A stretch of DNA of 64,000 nucleotides from Nitrosopumilus sp. GTDB lineage: Archaea; Thermoproteota; Nitrososphaeria; Nitrososphaerales; Nitrosopumilaceae. A model generated the notes under the pieces. It was not told the DNA's origin. It saw only the letters and a list, made by a program, of their open reading frames with translations, and did not search any database. A program made the translations under genes and the position numbers. How positions within the stretch are numbered: position 1 is the stretch's first letter; each line of letters starts with the position of its first letter. Positions 58,709 through 64,000 of the stretch are shown here, in pieces. The stretch spans positions 992,001-1,056,000 of the forward strand of contig OZ244650.1 of NCBI GenBank assembly GCA_965218785.1. Direction: 5' to 3'.

Positions 58709-59284
58709 TTACCTGAATTTTCCCTTTACAAATTTTGAGAGCCCCTGTTTTTTTAACTGCTCTGACTCTGCCACAACGGATTTGTGCTGATCGGATTTGT
58801 GCCTTCTTAACCTGGTTTTTAATGCCGGAAATTCGTTTGCAAGAATCTTCATGGCATAAATTCCGGCATTGCCTGCCTTGTTGACTCCGACTGCCACAAC
58901 GGGGGATCCCGACGGCATCTCAGAGATTGACAGCAGCGAATCCAGCCCCCCAAATGCAGAAAATTTTGCAGAATCCTGTTTTTTTGGATGCCTGTCATTA
59001 TACACCAGTATCGGAACCCCGATTACAGGTATTATCGTATGTGATGCAATCATTCCTGGCAGATGGGCGGCCCCTCCGGCGCCTGCAATTATCACCTTAA
59101 AGCCCATCTTTTCTGCATGCTTTGCATATTCATCCAATCTGGCAGGGGTTCTGTGTGCTGAGACAATCTGATCCTCGTGTTTGATCTTGTATTCATCTAG
59201 TATCTCTGCTGCACCATTCATAATCCTGCTATCTGAGCTGGAACCCATGATGATTCCGACTAGCGGCTTGCTTGAATATGTCAT
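58709..59284 (-). CDS. purE: N5-CAIR mutase
   Basis: MGSSSD, SAHRTP, AGAGGAAHLPG. Confidence 0.96.
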   Translation of the reverse strand: MTYSSKPLVGIIMGSSSDSRIMNGAAEILDEYKIKHEDQIVSAHRTPARLDEYAKHAEKMGFKVIIAGAGGAAHLPGMIASHTIIPVIGVPILVYNDRHPKKQDSAKFSAFGGLDSLLSISEMPSGSPVVAVGVNKAGNAGIYAMKILANEFPALKTRLRRHKSDQHKSVVAESEQLKKQGLSKFVKGKFR

Positions 59285-59440
59285 GATATTAAAAAAGATT
59301 AATGGTATTAGAGTTTTTTGACAGAGGAAAACCCACCCGCCGTAAAAAATATAATATTATTATACGGTTTGGATGCCTTTGGATTCAGGCAATACCACTA
59401 CATCATCATTAGCTATTTTTAGTCCAAGAATCATATTCAC

Positions 59441-60601
59441 GTGATGGCAAAAATTCTCGGCATTATTGGAGGAGGGCAGCTTGGAATGATGATTACAGAG
59501 GCTGCAAAGAGGATGCCCGAGCACGTATCAAAAATCATAGTGCTGGATCCTACAGAAAACTGCCCTGCAGTACAGGCCGGTGCAGAACAGATAGTTGCAG
59601 ATTTTAAAGACAGGGACGCCATAGAGGATTTGGCCTGGAAATCCGACATTGTCACCTATGAGATCGAGTCGGGGAACAGCGAGGTTTTAAAGTCAGTTGA
59701 AAAAAATGCAGAGATAGAGCCATCCCCTGAAACCCTGAAGATCATACAGGATAAATTCCTGCAAAAAGCATTCCTGTTAAAAAATAAAATCCAGGTTCCG
59801 GAATTTATCATTATTAATACGATAAAGGATGTAAAAAAAGGACTGGAGAATTTCGGCTATCCTGCATTATTAAAAGCAAGAAGGGACGCATATGACGGCA
59901 GGGGCAACTTTAAGATAGATTCTGAAGATCAAATCCAAAAAGCGTTTGATTATTTTAAGGGTCAGGATCTGTTACTGGAGAAATTCGTTCCATTTCTCAT
60001 GGAAGTCTCCGTAATTGCATCGCGGAATACCGGCGGCCAGATCAAGACATATCCGCTTGTTGAAAACATCCACGAGGAAAACATCCTGCGATATACGATA
60101 GCTCCTGCCAGGGTTGCAGAAGAAACCAGAAAAAAGGCAGAGGCAATCGCAGAGCAGATAATGACGGTTCTCAAGGGTGCGGGCGTCTTTGGAATCGAGA
60201 TGTTTGTAACTCGGGATAACACCGTCATGATCAACGAGATTGCCCCGCGCGTGCACAATTCAGGCCATCACACATTACAATCCTGTGAAACATCCCAGTT
60301 TGAACAGCATCTTCGGGCAATTTTGGGATTGGAGTTGGGCGGCACCAAGTTAATTCACAATGCCGTAATGTATAATATTTTGGGGAGCCCTGAATTTACA
60401 GGGAAATACAAGCCGCTGAAAATTGCAGATTCTGAGGGAGGGGTATTTTTAAAGATGTACGGCAAAAAAATATCAAAACCCCTGAGAAAACTAGGACATA
60501 TCAACATAGTTGGAATTAACGGCGAATCAACTGATGAATTACTGGGGAAATTATCGAGGATAAAACAGGAAACTGGCATCCTGGCAGCGGCAGTTGATTG
60601 A
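59441..60601 (+). CDS. purK: N5-CAIR synthase
   Basis: GIIGGGQLGMM, YDGRG, NEIAPRVHNSGH, RKLGH. Confidence 0.96.
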   Translation: MMAKILGIIGGGQLGMMITEAAKRMPEHVSKIIVLDPTENCPAVQAGAEQIVADFKDRDAIEDLAWKSDIVTYEIESGNSEVLKSVEKNAEIEPSPETLKIIQDKFLQKAFLLKNKIQVPEFIIINTIKDVKKGLENFGYPALLKARRDAYDGRGNFKIDSEDQIQKAFDYFKGQDLLLEKFVPFLMEVSVIASRNTGGQIKTYPLVENIHEENILRYTIAPARVAEETRKKAEAIAEQIMTVLKGAGVFGIEMFVTRDNTVMINEIAPRVHNSGHHTLQSCETSQFEQHLRAILGLELGGTKLIHNAVMYNILGSPEFTGKYKPLKIADSEGGVFLKMYGKKISKPLRKLGHINIVGINGESTDELLGKLSRIKQETGILAAAVD

Positions 60602-60630
60602 TTTATTAATTGTGAGAATCAAAATCAGTC

Positions 60631-61047
60631 ATGGCTCTGACCCCCGCATTAATCATAACTGGAGTAGCAATCGCATTGCTGGCAATCTACGGGGCAGACG
60701 TGGTTGTAGGATATACCTCTGATGACGGCAACGGATTCATACCATTTGATCACGCAGTACGCGGCATGGCGTTGGGACTCCCGACCTTGATACTGCCGAT
60801 TATGGCATACTTTATCTCAAGAAAAGAGCCATCAAAGGGTCTTGGAATTATGATTATAGTTGCAGGCGTCCTGATTTTAGTGGGCGGCGGCGTGGTAATC
60901 GGCAATGCAGATACGACAGTTTGTGATGATACGCCAACAGCACAGGCAGCCTGCGCGAAAAGAAATATTGTCTCCGAAACGGCCCCGTTAATTATCGCAG
61001 GCCTGATTCAGATCGGACTGGGTATACTTAAAATAAAAAAATCCTAG
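60631..61047 (+). CDS. Membrane protein (4 TM)
   Basis: Hydrophobic segments. Confidence 0.7.
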   Translation: MALTPALIITGVAIALLAIYGADVVVGYTSDDGNGFIPFDHAVRGMALGLPTLILPIMAYFISRKEPSKGLGIMIIVAGVLILVGGGVVIGNADTTVCDDTPTAQAACAKRNIVSETAPLIIAGLIQIGLGILKIKKS

Positions 61048-61058
61048 CAGATGATTAC

Positions 61059-61193
61059 ATGCCTACCTGTTCAAAATGTGAAAACGACGTCAGCAAAGTG
61101 TACGATTGTGATCACACCAAATTTGAGGATTACTGCGTGGAGTGCTATACCGAACTACACTACTATCTGACAGAGGATGAACAATCCTGCTGA
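61059..61193 (+). CDS. 44-aa Cys/His-rich Zn-finger-like protein, not in the ORF track
   Basis: MPTCSKC...CDH...YCVECY..LH. Confidence 0.6.
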   Translation: MPTCSKCENDVSKVYDCDHTKFEDYCVECYTELHYYLTEDEQSC

Positions 61194-61464
61194 CTGACAA
61201 AGACATTGCAATTTACGCGCTGGGAAAAACAGAAGGCGTTCATTCCATTGCCGAAACCCTGGGAAAGGGACTAGATGATGAAAAATACATTGAATCCTGG
61301 AACAAGACCATGAAGCAGCTGGGAACTGCCATGCCCCTGAAGGATCTTGAGAAGATCTACAACGAGTTTGCAAAAAAGATGGATGACGTGGTAAAAAACG
61401 GCTCGGAAAAAAATAGGCCGACAATTTAACAATTTTGATATACTCCAAAAAACAGGCGGTATTA

Positions 61465-62133
61465 TTGAAGGCGATAATTCTTGCAGGTGGTCGTGGAGAA
61501 AGATTAAGACCGGTTACAGACTACATCCCCAAACCGCTGGTTTCATTAAAGAACGTCCCGATTATAGAATGGCAGATAAAATATCTCAAAAAATTCAATG
61601 TTGATGAAGTGATAATCTGCACGGGATACAAGACAGAGATGATTGAAGACTATCTCAATGTAAAAAAAATGGGAGTTAAAATAAGATTCTCTGCTGAGAA
61701 ATCCCCGCTTGGAACAGGCGGTGCGATAAAAAAGGCGGGAAAGATGATCACAGGCAAGTCCTTTTTTGTATTAAACGGCGATGTCATTACAAACATCAAC
61801 ATCAAGAGACTGTTGACACGGAAAAACGCGGTTGCAGCAATCCGGCTGCAGACAAATTTCGGGGTTTTAGAAACAAAGGATGGAAAAATCCAAAAATTCA
61901 AGGAAAAGGAAGATGTTTCCGACCTGTGGATGAATGCAGGAATTTACCACCTGCAAAAAGAGGTACTAGCAGACCTGCCAAGCAAGGGCGATATTGAAAA
62001 AACGCTTTTTCCAAAATATGCCAGAAAAGACATGCTGTATGCAGTCAAATTTAAGGACGCAAGGTGGCATTCCATAGATTCATTCAAAGACATGGAAAAG
62101 TGTGCCTCGGAGATTGGGAAGATAATCAGATAG
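61465..62133 (+). CDS. NDP-sugar pyrophosphorylase/nucleotidyltransferase
   Basis: ILAGGRGERLRP.T..PKPL, LGTGGA, LNGD, NAGIY. Confidence 0.9.
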   Translation: MKAIILAGGRGERLRPVTDYIPKPLVSLKNVPIIEWQIKYLKKFNVDEVIICTGYKTEMIEDYLNVKKMGVKIRFSAEKSPLGTGGAIKKAGKMITGKSFFVLNGDVITNINIKRLLTRKNAVAAIRLQTNFGVLETKDGKIQKFKEKEDVSDLWMNAGIYHLQKEVLADLPSKGDIEKTLFPKYARKDMLYAVKFKDARWHSIDSFKDMEKCASEIGKIIR

Positions 62134-62377
62134 TTTATGCGCCTGTCTGATGCAGGGTCACCATCACATATGCCACTTCCTCGACAAAGGATTCATCACT
62201 GATTGCAGACGTGTATCTTGTGGCATTGCTCCAAAAAGTAGTCCTTTCAGACGGTTTTTCCACGATATGCTGTACTTCCATGAGTTTGATCCTCAATGAC
62301 TCTGATAATATCCCGCCTCAATCAAATTTTACCCATTACTAAAACTGATATACTAAATATCCGATCCTGACTGTATC

Positions 62378-63343
62378 ATGCGCATTTCATTTAGTCTGGG
62401 ATCACTGTTGTCAGTAAACGAGGTCCTCAAATGTACTGAAATTATTGCCGATACAAACGCAGAGGCAATCTGGATTCCCGAGACATGGGGAATGGAGAAT
62501 TTTGCCATGCTGGGTTCCATTTCAAACAAGACAAAAACCCAGAAATTAGGATCATCTATAATCAACATTTATTCCCGAAGTCCGGCGGCAATTGCAATGG
62601 GTGCGGCAACAGTTGATGCGCTCTCTGATGGCAGGCTGATTCTGGGTCTTGGAACCAGCAGTATGCCGATAATCCAGACGTTTCACGGCTACAAGTTTGA
62701 AAGACCGCTGCAAAGAATGAGGGAGTATGTAGAGATAATCCGTCTGGTTCTTTCAGGTGGGAAGGTATGTTATACCGGCAAAATTTTTAACTTAAAGGAT
62801 TTTTCACTATTAATAAAGCCGCAACGCGCCGGGATTCCGATATATCTGGCTGCAATCAACCAAAAGATGTTGGAACTGACATGGGATGTTGCAGACGGGG
62901 CAATATTTTATCTAAGGCCGAAAGATGAGATGAGGCAGACGATCCCCCGGATGCAGCAGAGGCAGAAGATAGATGTTGCATGCCAGTTAATCACGTGTGT
63001 TTCTGAGAACTCTGATGCGGCAATACTGCGTGCAAAACGTACATTATCGTTTTACATCGCAGTGGGAGAGATATACCGAGAGTTCTTATCTGATAACGGC
63101 TACAAAAACCAGTGCAGTGACATACTTGGCGAATTCGAAAAGTCCGGTCTGGGCTCGTTACACGAGCTGATTCCAGACTCGATGCTAAAGTCATTATGTA
63201 TTGCAGGCACCCCAGAAGAGTGCAGAACCCAGCTGCGGGAATTCAGGGAGACGGGGATTGACCTGCCGATACTTCAATTCAATCCGGTAGGAGACACGCT
63301 GGATTCATTTAATCTGTTAAAAAACACATTTTTGGAGCAATGA
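62378..63343 (+). CDS. Luciferase-like (probably F420-dependent) oxidoreductase
   Basis: WIPE, RSPA..AM...T.D.LS.GR..LGLG. Confidence 0.88.
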   Translation: MRISFSLGSLLSVNEVLKCTEIIADTNAEAIWIPETWGMENFAMLGSISNKTKTQKLGSSIINIYSRSPAAIAMGAATVDALSDGRLILGLGTSSMPIIQTFHGYKFERPLQRMREYVEIIRLVLSGGKVCYTGKIFNLKDFSLLIKPQRAGIPIYLAAINQKMLELTWDVADGAIFYLRPKDEMRQTIPRMQQRQKIDVACQLITCVSENSDAAILRAKRTLSFYIAVGEIYREFLSDNGYKNQCSDILGEFEKSGLGSLHELIPDSMLKSLCIAGTPEECRTQLREFRETGIDLPILQFNPVGDTLDSFNLLKNTFLEQ

Positions 63344-63344
63344 T

Positions 63345-64000
63345 ATGGTCAAAGTCGGGATTGCAGCATGTGGGATTGCCCCGTTTTCCAAAAAAGATCA
63401 AAAGATCGAATCGGTACTTTTGGAATCCGTAAAGAACCTCTTTGGGGGCACCCCGGAACTGGAGAAGAACAGGATTGATGCCGTACTTGTATCAACTAAT
63501 AATAATTCAAAGTATCTATCCCCCATCGTCTCTGAGATGTGTGGGATTCAACCCAGAATAGCACACTCTGTTGAGAGTCTGTGCAACTCTGGGACAAACT
63601 CCATAGTATCAGGTTATTCATATATTGCCTCAGGCCTTGCAGATATGGTTCTGGTGTGTGGCGCAGAAAGATACGACAGTCCGGGGCAGATCCTGGAATG
63701 GGATGATTCCCGCGGGGAGTTCAAACATCCGATATTCTGGGCATCGATATTTTCAAAATCATACAAGCGTGAATACTCTATTACAGATGAGCAGCTGGCC
63801 CTAGTCCCGGTGAAAAACCACAAACAGGCAGCAAACAATCCTGATGCGTTATCAACGAAGACATTTGATGTGGAGGATGTGATGAATTCAAAAAGGATCA
63901 CAGATGATCTTCGATTACTGGACTGCTCAAGACCGTGTACCGGGGGCGCGTCGGTTCTTCTGGCATCTGAAAAAATGATGGGCGGGATCTCCGAGAATCC
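63345..64000 (+). CDS. Thiolase family protein (3'-truncated by window)
   Basis: MVKVGIAA..., VESLCNSG, VKNH..A..NP.A, LLDCSRPCTGG. Confidence 0.88.
   Translation, partial: MVKVGIAACGIAPFSKKDQKIESVLLESVKNLFGGTPELEKNRIDAVLVSTNNNSKYLSPIVSEMCGIQPRIAHSVESLCNSGTNSIVSGYSYIASGLADMVLVCGAERYDSPGQILEWDDSRGEFKHPIFWASIFSKSYKREYSITDEQLALVPVKNHKQAANNPDALSTKTFDVEDVMNSKRITDDLRLLDCSRPCTGGASVLLASEKMMGGISEN

Noticed and set aside
1-64000. CRISPR array, integron cassette array or retroelement
   Set aside because: No regularly spaced repeat-spacer array, no cas, integrase or RT genes; most dispersed repeats are explained by IS ends or gene duplication

Overview
Ordinary chromosomal segment of an ammonia-oxidising thaumarchaeon (Nitrososphaerota, Nitrosopumilaceae-like), inferred from gene content and order: gatCAB, ksgA-DUF655-rpoF-rpl21e-rlmN-radA, pyrKD, nop5-fibrillarin, rnhB, trm1, rlmE, TFE-beta, apt-mtnP, ilvA, purEK, and tRNA-Ser(GCT) and tRNA-Phe(GAA). 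Four accessory patches (about 8.1-9.5 kb, 11.2-19.4 kb next to tRNA-Ser, 26.4-32.1 kb, and 50.4-52.9 kb around tRNA-Phe) are rich in pseudogenes, IS66-like and ISH3-like remnants and miniature derivatives. This pattern suggests a host-associated lineage undergoing erosion (inference). The most notable observations are: (1) an unannotated multi-pass membrane protein (13264-14316) with two D-x3-H-x12-H motifs whose pattern and 72-residue spacing mirror the two metal sites of PmoC/AmoC; (2) an AT-rich degenerate-NTPase/TPR gene with the last ~30 codons of its lost partner ATPase still attached upstream; (3) a GDGT ring synthase (Grs)-like radical SAM gene; (4) a RelE-type toxin-antitoxin pair, a Fic gene and a small gene each bracketed by IS ends; (5) duplicated membrane genes with a hypervariable Cys-bounded loop; (6) several small Zn-finger genes missed by the ORF track. 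No CRISPR array, integrase or reverse transcriptase was seen. All family assignments come from motif recognition by eye; no database searches were run.
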